A stretch of DNA of 64,000 nucleotides from the human T2T-CHM13v2.0 reference genome, Homo sapiens. A model generated the notes under the pieces. The model was not told the origin of the DNA and did not search any database. It saw only the letters and a list, made by a program, of their open reading frames with translations. Of the stretch, positions 13,792 to 28,477 are shown in pieces. The stretch lies in the NCBI RefSeq assembly GCF_009914755.1, contig NC_060938.1, one strand, 5' to 3'. The first letter of the stretch is position 1; each line of letters opens with the position of its first letter. Position numbers and translations under genes: made by a program.

Positions 13792-15324
13792 TGAACTTCT
13801 TATTTTTTAACATGCAAATATATTCTTGTGGGACTTAATTTGTTAAACATTATGCAATAGAACTATTTTTTTTTCTTATTGATGAAGAAAATTTCTGGTA
13901 CTCTGTTTTAAGATGCCAGTTTTTTTGTAACACGGCAATAAAAGCATTGAAAATGATAGAAGTAAGAAGAGAAGTATGGGATATGGGGGAAAGTGGACCT
14001 AGGGCCTTCTTGAGATAAATATTTTGCTTGTCTTATATTTAGCTCAGCTGGGCTCATCTTGGGCTTGTGGTTGTGGAGGAGGATAAGCCCTTGGACACAG
14101 CAAGAACACCCTAGAAGCAGGCATACAACCTTGAAGGTCTAGTAACTGTTCTCTCTTACTTCTAGCTATTTACCAATCAAAAGGTAAAAATCCCTTTATG
14201 CCACACTAATAAACAGTCCCGAAATTAACAACTTACTATTTATTATTTACTTTTCTCTCCCACTTCCCCAAATAAAAGTTTATAAAGACCTTAAATGAGA
14301 GTTGCTTCATTTATTATTCTCCCTTAGGATGACCCTTCCTCATTTGTCAGCACACTCTAAGAAAAGCATTCCAAAATAGCTTTGCTACTTTCTGCAGTAA
14401 TTTATTTTTATAAACTTTAAATCATTAATTTATTACAATATAGATTTATCTTTCTAAAATTTAAGACATTTTAATTAAAATTATCTTTTTTTTTTCACTG
14501 AAGACATCAGCTATTTATTGAGATATTCCAATCTCTCACACTCTCATACTTTCTGCAAAGGATTAACAGAATTGTGCAGAGTGATGCATAGTGGCATTAT
14601 CAAACCAAATTGATCTGAACCTAGGAAAGAAGAAAGAATTTTATGTAGGATGCAATTTGCAATTTGAAGCATACAGTCAGATAGCAGTCTCCTCAGGATG
14701 GTCTTCCTGGAGCCATTGTGCTGATCAGCCACAATGAAAAATCCTATCCTAGCAGTATTCAAAGTATTAGCATATTCCAACACTAGCACACACTGGCTGA
14801 CTTTCCTCAGTTCATTACACAGTTGAAGGGCATGGACACTTTTTCTATTTCCATGTGTTTTTTTCTCAACTTTCTCTTCTAATAGGTTTGTACTGAAGTT
14901 TCAAGTTTCCATTGATAATTGTAGCCAGAAATATGGCTATGCAAACTTATTTTAAAAATGCCAATGTATGAAACATCAAAAGAGAATTGCAGTGCATTAG
15001 TCAATTATGTGAATATACTATAAAATTCATAGTTTTATTTTGTGTTTTTCTTTTACTTTAAAGTCTTCTTATAAATGTGTTTTCTTGACAACCATAAATG
15101 AACTGAAAAATGGAGCTCAAATTATAAAATTACTATAATCATCGGGTTTATATTACTTATTACTTAATATTATCATAAATGCTTAAGAACAGAATTTACT
15201 TCACTTGAATTCAAGCTTTAATTTGAGATATACAAGTATACTTATATTGATTTGAATGAGGTTATCGTGGTAAATAACTAAGTTAATTCATCCCACTGTT
15301 CAGCAACCACTAAGTTGAAGAGCA

Positions 15325-15445
15325 GAAGGAAGGAAGCGGGGGAAGAGGAGGAAGAAAGAAAAGGAGAGAGGGAAGGGCAAAGGAAGGGAGTGAGGGAGGA
15401 AGGAAGAAAGGAAGGAATGAAAGATGATGATAAAAGGGAGGGAAG
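15325..15445. repeat. GA-rich low-complexity tract
   Basis: ggaa/ggag runs seen directly. Confidence 0.85.
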
Positions 15446-15500
15446 ACTAACCAGGCATTAATACTCTAATTGTGGGAGGACATCTAGACCTGAAAAGGAA

Positions 15501-15548
15501 TTGACTGAACAAGATATTTGACTGAACAAGATATTAAACTGAACAAGA
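15501..15548. repeat. 17-bp tandem repeat, ~3 copies
   Basis: ttgactgaacaagatat x2, then taaactgaacaaga. Confidence 0.85.
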
Positions 15549-17325
15549 AACTGAAAAGTAAAATTTGTAGGGGCAGATAGTATTTAAATATTAATTAGTT
15601 CTAATGATTTTAAATTTCTAGAGATCAAATCTTCTGTTCACTTCATTTTTAAATCATTAGGATCTGATCCCAGATGCTCAATAAACATTTGTTAGAACAA
15701 AAAGATTACAAAGTAATGAGAAATCCACTTTTGGAGACTTCTAATACTTAGTGCATTTATATGAGGAAGGTCTAAAACCAATGGCTATGAATTTAGATAA
15801 ACTGATTTTAGCTGAATTCAAAGAACTTTCATTCCTACCCAAAGGTAAAAAAAAAAATCTGCCTTGGGAGTAAGAAGTTTCTAATCCTACATTGAGCAAT
15901 AGACATGAATAATAAAAAGGTGAAGGTAATAAATGTCAAGATTTATTCAAATCTTGAGATTAGAATTCTGGGATTAAAAGCTTCACAAAAAAATAATAAA
16001 ATAAATTTTACAAATAATGAAGCAACAAAATTATATCTGAAGTGTTAACATGCAATGTTACAAAACCTGGGTTTAAATATTTCCCTAGAATCAATTGTAG
16101 TTAGAGTTTAAAAATTCAAATAATTGTTTAGAATAATTAATGCATTTTCTGGTGTTTTATATCCATTAAACACATTTTGTTTAAAGAATCACAGAAATAC
16201 ATTTTAAGCAAAAATAACATATATCAATGAACAAGTTAGAAATACAAAAGGCATATGATTGAAGCACACGTTGAAAATAATCAGTTTCTGTATGTTAAGT
16301 AACACTAAATTCTTCAAAATAGAAGTTCTTCAGCATATGAATCATGTACACAATATTAAATATATATTCTGCACATATTGGTTTCTTGCATCATATATAA
16401 TGAAAATAAGTTTTTATATTATATCTAGTAGAAGAGAAAGTTTCATTTGTCACCCAAGACATCATATTTTAGAAATATAGCTTTATACTACTGGACTTCA
16501 TAAAGGTCATCCTCAGGGTACGCTGAAATTTCAGGACTGACAGTTTTTAAAAAAATTTCCATAAAATGAATTCTCAGAGCATCTTGCAAAACTCCTTAGA
16601 CCAAATATGTAATTAGTATTTGAAGAAAAATAAATAACTTGTTAATTTAAACCCAATTAATTTTGTGACTGCAGAAATATGTGAGGTATAAAGATTCATT
16701 AGGAGATAATTGATTTTCATTCTTGAATCCAAGAGGTCAGGAAATCTACTCACTTAAAACAACTGCAGAAAACAAGTATAAAAAAAATGCAAGCACATTA
16801 AGCTCCACCTCAGAATGTTAGAGAAACACAACTGAGATGTTTTGAAGAAAACAAGGACACATACATAGAGAAACAAAATTGTTAAGGGAGCCCTTCTAAT
16901 AGCCAGTAAACATGTCTTTCATTCACAATTTCTTTATTATTATCTTCTGATATTCAAAAGTACTTTGTACCCATGCTATGCTTTGTCTTCAGGGTTTTGA
17001 TGTTCAACGTTTCATGCAAGTTCAAAAAACTTGATTCTGGTAGCAAAATTATAGCAGGAAGAGGAAGCAGGACACCAGAGGCTTTTCTTTTCATGGGTAG
17101 GTCAAAATAATTCCTTCAAGATGTCAAGAAAAAAACATTGAAATGTTATAAAAGAACGTTTCAATGTTCCTTTCCTAAATTCTCCGTGCATTCCTACAGC
17201 TTCCATTTGAAGTACTTATGATAGAAGCCTTAGCTTTTCAACAAATTTCTCCAAGCAGAATTGTGCCCCCAAAGCAAATTAGGAAATATACTTAAAAAGG
17301 AGGGGAAAGAAAAAGGCTTATGAAT

Positions 17326-17698
17326 TATATTAGTCCATTCTCTCATTGCTATAAGGACACACCTGAGACTGAGTAGTTTATAGAGGAAAGAGGTTTAATT
17401 GACTCACAGTTCTGCAGGGCTGGGGAAGCCGCAGGAAACTTACAATCATGGTAGAAAGGGAAGCGAACACATCCATCTTTACATGGTGGCAGCAAAGAGA
17501 AATGGAGAGCAAAAAGGGGAAAAGCCCCTAATAATACCATTAGATCTCATGAGAACTCACTCACTATCACAAGAACAGGATGGAGGAAACCGTCACCATG
17601 ACTCCATGACCTCCACTTGTCCCTCTCATGACATATGGGGATTATGAGAACCACAATTCAAGATGAGATTTGGGTGGGGATACAGCCAAACCATACCA
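17326..17698 (-). mobile_element. THE1 (MaLR) solo LTR
   Basis: gaggtttaattgactcacagttc...caagatgagatttgggtggggatacagccaaaccata; exact TSD TGAAT at 17321-17325 and 17699-17703. Confidence 0.92.
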
Positions 17699-18279
17699 TG
17701 AATACTTAGATCTGTACTTTCCAAAGAAATCATAAAAACAGCTTCATAATATGTTATTAAAATAAGACCATTATTACTTTATAAATCAAATCACTTTTAG
17801 CAGTAGCTTATGACCACAATTTCCAGATGAAGTCTTTATTTGTACTGTTCTTTATAAACATTTATCCAGTAGGCCTTCAGTGGAAAGAAAGTTAGAAATG
17901 CTTTGAAGGATGAATATATTTATATCTGAAGTTCTGCTTATATAGTCTCAAAATACCCATATACAAAATGAAATTTTTCAACATATTAATATTCAGAACT
18001 TTCCAAATATCCAGAAGGCCAACATACAATTTATTTTTTTATTTTCATTCAATAATTGATGTATAGCCTTTCCAAAAATATGCATCATTTAAATAAGATC
18101 CAATAAACCCAGGTTATATACATTTACATTTCATTCTTAAACTACCATATTTACACTTAATATTGTTATGTAAATATATTAATATATAATTAAACATATA
18201 TTTTCATCTTTTGATTGCAAATTGCCTAAATTTCAAATATTTTACCATTATTTTTTTTTAATCCACTAAAGTTGTACTA

Positions 18280-18484
18280 ATGGAGCACCATCCAATACTG
18301 CAATAATGGAATATTTTGTATGTGCTATTTCCAATACAGTAACCACCAGTAAAATGTGGCTGTTGAGCATTTGAAATTTGGTTAGTTTGACTAAGGAAGT
18401 TAACTTTTATTTATTTAAGTTTAGTTGCTTTATATTTAAAAAATCACCATGGCTGCTGGCCACCATATTTGTCAGCACAGCTCT
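18280..18484. mobile_element. MER3/MER33-type hAT element
   Basis: ccaata...tgcaataatggaa...atgtggctgttgagcatttgaaat...ggccaccatatttgtcagcacag. Confidence 0.7.
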
Positions 18485-19770
18485 GAAGTATTTGAAGGTA
18501 ATTCAAGAGCTATTACTTCTCTTTATTGTTAATATTCCATTTTTGAATTTCATTTACTGTTGTTACTTGTTTCTTTACAATATCTTTGTACTGAGAGTAC
18601 TTACCAACATTTTGTCTTCCTTTACAGTGAGTGTCAAACTGAAGCATAGCCATCCGTACTTTTTAATGGAATGAACAAGCTGTGCTCTCTAAAAACCAGA
18701 ATAACTATTAATATCATCATCAGCTATGGAAATACAGTGGCAGAATGTGTTATGTCCCTAGCAACAATCCTTTTTCTCCTCAGAACTCACCTTGCTTACA
18801 TCATTTCTCACCTTAAGAAATCAATTAATTCGAAGACTTCCTCCACCTATCCCACTCTAAGACTTAAGAGTCTAAGAGATAAACAATACAATTTGTTCTC
18901 TCATTTTCTCTACAGAGACCTCCTATTCAGAATTGGGTTTGGGCTCTGCCTTGCCTCAGGAAGTTAATAAAATTCACTTTTCATGTAATCTGATGAGTTA
19001 GTTTGAAAATGAGTCTTTCCGCATTTAAAAGTTCTGGGAAATAATGACAACCTATTCTCTATGGCAGCTTCTTCTCATTTAAAATAATTTGATAAAAATA
19101 AATATTTAAAATCTTTCTAAATTTGTTTTAGAAATATTTTATGAATGCATCCAGAAAAATAATTATATTTTAAATTATTTGTATACTTATAAAATATAAA
19201 TTATTTCCTACTTTGTGAAAGTTATATATACACTGTATTTGGGTCATTTGAACAGAATCTATGGATCCTCTTAGCTCTTAAACAATGTCAATATGAACTA
19301 TTTGGCAAAATTCTTTATTTTATAAAGAAGTGATAACATTAAAAATTAAATAGATGTATAATCATATTTGACTAATTTTATAGCTTGCTAAATTTGTAAT
19401 GACCTCTGACCTTTACTTCAAAAGAATGTACCACCCACCTAACTCAGTATTATGTCAACACCAATTTCAACCAAGTTTTGCTCCAGTTCACAAATTAAAT
19501 ACTAATGAAAATATTACATAATATCTCAGGTCATAGATTGACTCTGGCACCATTCTTTTTCACGGAAGACTGTCAAGTTGAAAAAACATATATTCCATTT
19601 GAAATTTGAGCACTGATCATAGGCTGTGGAGTCAGATAGTTCTGAGTTCAAATTTCAGCTTTTACTTGCTATCTATGTGAGTTTGGACAAGTTAATTTAC
19701 GATCTCTAAAAATAGTGTAGAGATGTCATAAGAAGATTTTGAGAACAAATTAAGTAGTTATCCAGCATGG

Positions 19771-19823
19771 ATATACAGTGTACAAAATATTTTCCTCTAT
19801 ATACAGTGTACAAAATATTTTCC
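19771..19823. repeat. Perfect 25-bp direct duplication, period 28
   Basis: atatacagtgtacaaaatattttcc at 19771 and 19799. Confidence 0.95.
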
Positions 19824-20664
19824 CAGAGGGTTTTGCTATGGCTAGGATAGCAGGTACCAGGTTTAGTATATAAATTGCTGGGATCCAACACCATGGCTTC
19901 AGCATTGGAAGTAAAAGTAAATAGAAAAACTAATTGTCAGGTGAGAGCAAAGTTGAGATTCAATGGGAGAATCCAAGGTGTCAAGTCCATAGGGGCATAT
20001 GTGTTGAGTGGCAAGAAACCAACCAACATCAAAGGCTTTGCAATGGCAGGCTGGCAGGAAAAAGCTAGTATGTTCAGTTGGCAGAACATCAAGAGGCTTC
20101 TACAAACAACAGTAGAAACAGAGACAGAGCTTATGGTTGCTTTGATTTTGGGAAGGTAACTGTTATAGGTGAGTTTTGATACTATGAGAACATACTCAAT
20201 AAATATTTGTCCTCTTTCAGTTCTTTCCCTATGTCCTTTCTCCTCTATCTCTAACAATGCTCCTACCTTAAAAGCACTAATTTTCCCATTTCCTCTTAAA
20301 AGCTATTGCCTTTTAAAAAATTTATTCATTCCTTTTCTATTGAGCTTCTGTCCAAGCCACTCTGCCAAAACAAATCTGTCAATGACATCTTAGTTCCAAT
20401 TTCAACGTACTTTTTATTCTCAGCTCTCTGATAGTTATGCTTTAGATTGTTTAAGGCTTTTCTTTCTTGTTTCTTCTCTTAGCCTGCATTATCTCCAGCC
20501 TGAATCATTTCTCCTTTTTATGATACTTGAGTAGAAATGTCTTTCAAACTTTTTTCTTAAAATTCTTGCATCTTATCTATTAAAACTTCCCACCTTCAAC
20601 TTTCTTCGCCCAGCTGATTTTCCAATCTAAATGTTTTACCACAACTCCTTGATCTCTAGTGCCC

Positions 20665-20971
20665 TGCTATGGTCTGAGTGTTCTAGTCCTCCCACCCCCA
20701 CCCCCTAACCCCCAAACTCATATGTTATTCAGAGTCTGGGCCTTTGGGAGGTGATTAGATCATGAGGACAGAGCTCTAGAGATCGGGGTCACTGCCCTTA
20801 TAGAAGAAGCCTCAGAGATCTGCCTTGCCTCTTCTACCATGTAAGGAGACAGCAAGAAGACGCTATGTATAAGAAATGGGTCCTCACCAGGCACATAATA
20901 AATTTATGTTGTGAATAAGCTACCTATGTTTATGATATTTTGTTATAGCAACCTGACTACAGACTAAGACA
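20665..20971 (+). mobile_element. MLT1A-like MaLR LTR
   Basis: tgctatggtctgagtg...gggaggtgattagatcatgagg...tgttatagca...gactaagaca. Confidence 0.75.
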
Positions 20972-21014
20972 CCTCCTATTTATAAATGACCGCTAGTTTT
21001 TACCCTAAGATAAA

Positions 21015-21222
21015 TGCTTCTCTACCGAGGAAATTTTGCTCTCAAGAGGGCATTTGACAACGTCTGGAGACATTTTTGGTTGTTACAATATTGAATACTA
21101 CTGGCATCTAGGGGTAGAGGTCAGGAATGCTGCTAAACATCTTCTAATGCACAGAACAGACCGCCATAACAAATAATTATCCAGTACAAAAATGTCAATA
21201 GTGCCAAGGTTGAGAAATTCTA
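21015..21222. mobile_element. MER20 DNA transposon
   Basis: tctggagacatttttggttgt...tactggcatctaggggtagaggtcaggaatgctgctaaacatc...gtcaatagtgccaaggttgagaaa. Confidence 0.85.
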
Positions 21223-21259
21223 TCTTCAATGCTTTCCATACAACTAAAGGGCAATATAT

Positions 21260-21890
21260 CTGCATTTATTTTCTATTGAAGTTACCATGAATTTAGCAGC
21301 TTAAAATGTAAGTAATTTATTAATTCACAGTCAATGGGCCAGAAGTCTGGCTAAGCATGAGTGGGCTCTTTACTGGTTATCAAAAGACCAAAACCAAGGT
21401 ACGAGCCAAGCTGAGTTCTCATCAGAAGGCTCTAGAGAAAAATCCACTCCAAGCTTGTTCTTAGTATTAGCAAAAGTCATCTCTTTCAGGCTGTAGAACT
21501 GAAGTCCCCGTTTCCTTGCTAAGTGTCCCCATTTCTTTGCTAGGTCTTCCTTGCTGCTTTCAGCTTTGAGAAGCCACTTGAATTCTTTGCCATGTGGACC
21601 CTAATCTTCAAGCCAGCACTGAACCATTCAGTCTTTCTCATGTTTTGAACCTCTGACTTCCTCTTTTGCTACTAGCCAGACAAAATGCCCTACATGTAAA
21701 AGGTTTCTATGATTAGGTGAGGCCCAAATGCACAATCTCCCTTTCTTAAAGTCAATTGTGCCATATCACAGCATATTCTAATCATAAGAATAAAATTAAT
21801 CACATTCACAGTCTGAGAGATTATGCACAACTTGCACACCAGGGGTGGTGAGTCTTGACAATCATCTAAAAATATTGACTACTACAATAT
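21260..21890 (-). mobile_element. MLT1-family MaLR LTR
   Basis: tttagcagcttaaaa...ctcacag...ggctctagagaaaatcc...gattaggtgaggccca motifs. Confidence 0.6.
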
Positions 21891-23419
21891 TTAGAACTGA
21901 ACTCATGTTTTTCGTACCAAAATTAACCTTTCTTGCTGCTTTTATTAAAGGCAATATCTTGTTAGTCAGCCAGGACCAAAATCTCTGCCTCATCATCATA
22001 ACCAATTGACTTCATAGTTTGTAATTTTTTTGTAATTGTATCCTTTCAGGGCCTTCCCCCTTATTCCTGAGGCTCCTACCATGCAGCTTACCTGTGCCAT
22101 GGTACTCCGCTGTTGGCACATCCTGTTCAAATCCATTTAACGTATTCCTACAGCATTAATTCTTCTGAAGCATATTTCGGTCCTTCTCTGAAACTTTCAC
22201 TTTCTCCTTTACATATAGGATGGAGTTATTTCATAAGATTATGTTCCCATGTCTGAATTCTGTTGCCTTTCATCTACCATTTACTTGAGCCAAACAAATC
22301 CTACTTTTCCTCCTGGAGGTCTCACTCTTCTCTTTATGTTTACCTCATGCTACTTGTTTTTTTTTTTTTTTTTTTTTTTTGGCCTGGAATTAAAATACAC
22401 CTATTTCACAATTCAAAACTCGCTACCACTGCCATTTCCATCATCAATCCTTCCCAAATATCCGAATTAGTGGTAATAGCTTTTTTTTTTTCAGAATTCT
22501 GATCCTATATATTTTTTAACTTTCATTGCTGTTACCATGTTTATATCTTGTGTCATTACCCCATATGTATACATTATATTTTCTCCCTTGATAAATAAGT
22601 CTTTCATGAACATTATCTTACAATATATATGTTTTGTACATTATGTGTCAGATTAAAATGAATTTATGTGACTGAATAAGGCAATTAAATTTCCTTTAGA
22701 CTAGGATATACAGGGAATTATAATGGGATAAAGGCTAATATGATTTAGAACAGGTTTGCCCCCAGGGGGTTGCATAGATTCTTTGAATGTAGGGGGAAAA
22801 GACAGACACTGAGGTATTAACAGGATATTGGGAGATCCTGAGTACATCAGCTCTAGCCAGCCACAGAAGTTTGCAAAGTTTACGCAGCCTATTTTGGTTG
22901 CCTTTATAGTTTCCCTTTTCCCAAATATATTTCTGATGATACACTGTTTAATTTGCACTAGTATGCTTCGGATGTTGTAAAGCCCTATAACCCCAATCAA
23001 AGGTTAGCATTCTTCATTCACAATGTCCAAGAATAGAATATTTGCTGAAAAACAGCTAACCTAATTTGATTAATAACTTACAGTGTTTTCATAAAATAAT
23101 TATGTGAGGTATCATTTAAAAATTCTAGTCTGGCCCTTATAAAAAATTCCACAGCAGTTATTAATCCTCATGGTTGGAACTGCAAAATAGGGTAGATCAA
23201 TTTAGAAATATTTAGAAAGGTCTTACCTTTTGGAAGCCTTTGAAAAGGTATTTTATGCCTTCACTTAATTTTTACTATATGGCTATTTTTGACATCTATG
23301 CTTTCACCAATTTAAGGAGAACAGGATTTACCACAGGATCAGCTTCCTAAATTGTGGGTCATCTGACTTATAAGAGATGACTATGGTAGACAAGATTGAG
23401 CAACAGTTGAGGGTGGGTA

Positions 23420-23790
23420 GTTTTTACTGGCTGAATAGTGCCACAACAAACTTCCTACCCTCAGTACCTCAGAATGTGACTATATGTAGAGATAGGTCTC
23501 TAAAGGTGTAATTAAGGTTAAACAAGGTCATATGAATAGGCCTTAATTTAATGACTAGTGAACTTAGAAGAAGAGGAAATTAGGACAAAAACATACAGAG
23601 GATTGACCAGGTGGAAACAAAGAGAAAAGAAGGCTATATATAAGCCAGGAGAGAGACCATGGAAGAAACCAACCCTACTTAGACCTTGAGCTCAGATTTC
23701 TAGCATTCAGAATTGTGAGAAAATAAATGTCTGTTGTTAAGGCCACCCAGTCTTTGGTACTTTGTTATGGCAGCCCTAGCACACTAATAT
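23420..23790 (+). mobile_element. MLT1B/C MaLR LTR
   Basis: acctcagaatgtgactat...aagccaggagagagacc...cagaattgtgagaaaataaat...gtactttgttatggcagccctagc. Confidence 0.8.
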
Positions 23791-24549
23791 AATAGCCTTT
23801 TAGAGCTAAATTGTATAATACAATTAGAACTATTCATTTTAAAGGAGTACTTCACAATTCAAATAAACTGCTGCTTTTATGCACAGTAAATCCACACTTG
23901 GCAAGCCCAGGTTTGAAATAGAAAATAAAGTCAGGTGTCTTTATACATGAAGTTTCCTAAGTGGGTTTCAATGTTTTCCTTCAGCCTGACATTGTAACTG
24001 CTTTTCCATTTACTGAGCATCACGGATGCTATACCTCACTAATAAAAGTCTTGGAGAAATGTCACTGTCCTTGTTGACACTGAGGACACATGAAATCTAA
24101 ACTCTAATACTATTAAAGAACATTGTATCTCTTGGTTCACAAATCGTAAATCTGCATTCAATAAACATTGAGCCTATGCTGCCTACACAGCAGACGATCA
24201 ATGAAGTACTACACAGATCTAATCATGTACTAAGAAAGAATTAGGCAAGAGTAATAGAAGTTGATTTTTGTAGTTCCTTAGATACGTATTGCATATAACA
24301 AAAATTTACCAAGATCTCATTTATTCTTTAGAGTCAAACAACAACAATAACAATGACACGAACAAAACATAGCCTTCTCTCAAGACTTTGAGAGATTATG
24401 ATTAAAATTTAAGCCAAGTTGACAGACATGCTTTGTTGCCAACACCTTTTGTATCTATTGTGTAAATTATGTGGTATTGAGGATATTCTTAATTTTTAAT
24501 CATCAGACATACAGTTTTCAGTACTATATACATTCTTGTTTATTTGTTT

Positions 24550-25010
24550 CTTTTTTTTTTTACTGTGGTAAGAAAACAATATGAGATGTATCCTCTTTAA
24601 CAAATTTTTACATCCACAATACATCATTGTTAACTATAGGCACAAGGTTGTACAATAGATCGCTAGAACTTACTCATCTTGCATAATTAAAACTTTATAC
24701 ACATTCAACAATAACTCCTCATCTTCCCCTCTGCTCACCCACTAGCAACTACCATTCTCTTGTCAATTTTATAAATTTGACAATACTAGTTATCTCCTAC
24801 GATTGGAATCAGGCAGTGTCTGTTCCTTCTGTGACTGGCTTATTTCATTTAGCATAATGTCCTCCATGTTCATTCATGATGCTGCATATTGTAAGGTTTC
24901 CTTCTTTTTTAAGACTGAACAATATTCTGCTGTATGTATATACCACATTTTCTTTATTCATTCACCTGTCGACAGACATTTAGGTTGTTTCCATATGTTG
25001 GCTGCTGTGA
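24550..25010 (-). mobile_element. L1M 3' end (L1MA-like)
   Basis: ttctgtgactggcttatttcatttagcataatgtcctccatgttcattcatg...cacattttctttattcattca. Confidence 0.8.
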
Positions 25011-25159
25011 GTACAAGAATTACAAAAGATTAATACTAGTATTTGGTGATGGTCTCAATCAACTTTCAAAGAGTCAGAATTTTTTAAAAATATTAGCATT
25101 ACAATATATTTACACAGCAAGGTATATGCTACTTAAGTTAAAGCTTCTTTATAGCCGGG

Positions 25160-25370
25160 TTTCCTGTGTTCAGAGCCTGACTCTGCCACTTACTAACTGG
25201 GCGAGGTATTAAATCCTTCTATGCCTCAAATGCTTATCTCTAAAATGTGACTAATAATAGTTCCGATGATAGGAGTGTTAGGAGAATTAGGTGAGATACG
25301 TATAAAACATTTAGAAAAGTGATTTATATAAGCACTTGCTTCTATAATATCTGTGAGTGACATTATTGCT
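25160..25370 (+). mobile_element. MIR
   Basis: ctgactctgccacttactaactgg...tctaaaatg...gagatacgtataaaacatttag. Confidence 0.6.
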
Positions 25371-25479
25371 TGTTCACAGATTCATTTCCTGCTCTGCATG
25401 ACTGAAAAATACACCACTTTAAAAGTAAAAATATAAAACCTGATACCATAGAAATGTATTTCCTATCCATAAACTTTCA

Positions 25480-25783
25480 TTATTTTATTTTTTTATTGAG
25501 ACAGTGTCTCACCCTGTCACCTAGGCTGGAGTGCAGTAGTGCTATCATAGCTCACTGTAACCTCATACTCCTGGCCTCAAATGATCCTCCTGCCTCAGCC
25601 TCCCCAGTAGCTAGGACTACAGGTGAACACCACCATGTCCAGCTAATTATTTTTTTGTACTTGTTGTAGAGACAAGGTCTTGTTATGTTGCCCAGGCTGG
25701 TCTCAAACTCCTGGCCTTAAGCAATCTTCCTGCCTTGGCCTTCCAAAGTGTTGGGATTACAGGCATGAACCACTTTGCCCAGC
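25480..25783 (-). mobile_element. AluJ
   Basis: Antisense dimer with J-type features: atcatagctcactg, gatcctcctgcctcagcc, aagcaatcttcctgcc. Confidence 0.9.
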
Positions 25784-28137
25784 AACCATCTATGAACTTT
25801 TAGATTCACATATCTTTGAAAAATATAAATTCTGTTAAAGGACATTGCTATTGAAACTTTAATAGGTAAGGGATTAAAAGCAGAATTAGATACAGATTGA
25901 CCTGAATTCAAAGCCCAATTCTACGTCCTCCAGCAAGTTGCCAAGACTTCCTGAACTTACATTTATTATATATCTTAAAGATAAAATTTATGATGTTTAT
26001 GTCATATATTGCTGGGAAATTGAACAAGTAAATGTTTACAAAGTCCTTCTCATGTTTGCAATATACTAAATCATCAGCACATTTTTGTTTGTTTTATGAT
26101 TATTATTTTCTGGCTATTAGTGGTAGACTGAAAATGGCTCAAATCAATGATTTATTTTCATCTTTCTTGGTTTTCTGTGCTGCCTGAGCTCAGTGGGGCT
26201 TTCCTTACTTGGGGTTTCTTGTATGGTTGTAGTCATGAGACAGCCGAGCTGAAATTATTTGAGGACAGGGCTAGACATCCGAGGTGATTTCTTTTAGATT
26301 CACATCTTGTATCTCAACTGCAGTATCAGTTACAGCTTAGTAGTGGTCAGGCATCTGTTTCTTCATTTGACCTGTCCATCTAGCAGCTTGAACTTCCTGC
26401 AACCACAACACAACAGTCTCAGGATAGATGAACTTCTCAAATAGAGGCTGGCTTCCTACAGGTTAAGTAACCTAAGGCCCAGGAATAAGATATAAGGATA
26501 CTTTAACCTCGTTATTAAAGCCACACAGCATCATGTTGACTGAGCTTTTTGTTATAAATGATTCATAAAATCATTAGAAATGAGTTTTCAATGGATAAAA
26601 TTAACATCTGCTTATATTATCACATTATATATGTCTATATACACACACAGACATATATTATAGTAATGTGTTTATGGCCAATCCAGAAACATATATATTG
26701 AATCATGCTAGATGAAAAATAATCAATATATAAATATTGATAAATTATATAGTGAAATTATGAGTGCCTTATTTTTAATCCCTCTTTCCATTTATAGTTC
26801 TGCTATCATATTTTGGGTCAAATTATCTGTCCATTCATATCTCACTGGACTGCCATTCAAAACTCTCTTTCTACACTGTTTCCATTGCATACCTAGTGCT
26901 TCAGCTGTACTAGATTACTTGTAAATTCCTGAATACCCCTTATTGTCTTCGTCTCGGTAATAGACATCTCTGGTGTCTTGCTTCATATCCCTTTGCTCTC
27001 TTCTCATTTCACCTCGAAATAGCTACCATGGGCAGTTTTTGAAGGTTCATCTCACAAAACTGCCCATGGTATTGGCAAGGTATTGGCATGGTCAATAGAT
27101 CAAGAATAAATGACTTATTCTTGATCATGAATGACTCATACTTGTGCATGGTGTTGGCAAGGTCAATAGATTAAGCATGAATGATTCATTCTTGATCATT
27201 TCAGCTTCATTCCAGGATCTTTCTAGTGCCATGAATACCATCTCAGACCATAAGCAAGCACAGCCAGGAAGGTTGGGTGGGGGCCGAGGGGGAAAGCTAG
27301 CCATCCCTGGAGCAATTCTCAGTCACTGGGGATAGAGGGTCAGGAGATAAACTCTTCTACTTTTCATCTTTCAGGTAAACAGCTCAGGGAGGCATTCTGT
27401 GCTTTTTAGAAGAAGGTCCTGCAAAGTCAAAGCCTTATTTCTCACATAAATTTTTTCACTACTGTGTCCTTTTATAATCTTATTTTTTCCAGTACCTAGC
27501 TTTTTCAGCCTGAATCAGGTCCAAATTATATACCTCCTCAAAATCTCTTATCTCAGTCTCTGTTTCTTGGAGATCCCAGTCTATGACTTGCTCTCTTACT
27601 TTCGGTGTCCTGTTCTCTCTGACTGAAACATGCATCCCTCTAATGCAATCTTTCCTCTAATCTGTTGATTTATCCTTAAGAATCTAGCTCCAAGTAAATT
27701 CCACTGAGGCCTTTCCTGATACCAAGGGTGTTTCATATTATCCTCTTTTGTGCTAACACAAAAACACATCCATTGTATGACTATGTTGTATAATATTATG
27801 TTTTTAAGTAGCAGTGTATTTTAGTAAACTATGAACTTTTGAGTGCAGTGACTATTATTATGCTTATGTTTGTAACTTAACATTTGATAGTTGACATATA
27901 ATTAACCACTTAACAATGCCATTTGAACAAATGGTTGAATTGATTAAAAAAAAATAGCATTCTAAATTGTTTATTTTCATTCCAAATTGATGGGACTGTT
28001 AATAACCAAATTGCTTATAAGCTCGACATCCTCTGTCTTTTTTCTTGATATAGTCAATTATTGTCTCTTTATGACCTTTTAATTTTTAACTATATGATAG
28101 TATGAGCATAAAAATACATTAAAAATTACCTATGTTG

Positions 28138-28439
<302 letters not shown>

Positions 28440-28477
28440 TTACCTATGCTGTATTATTTTAAAGGAACGATGTGTCT

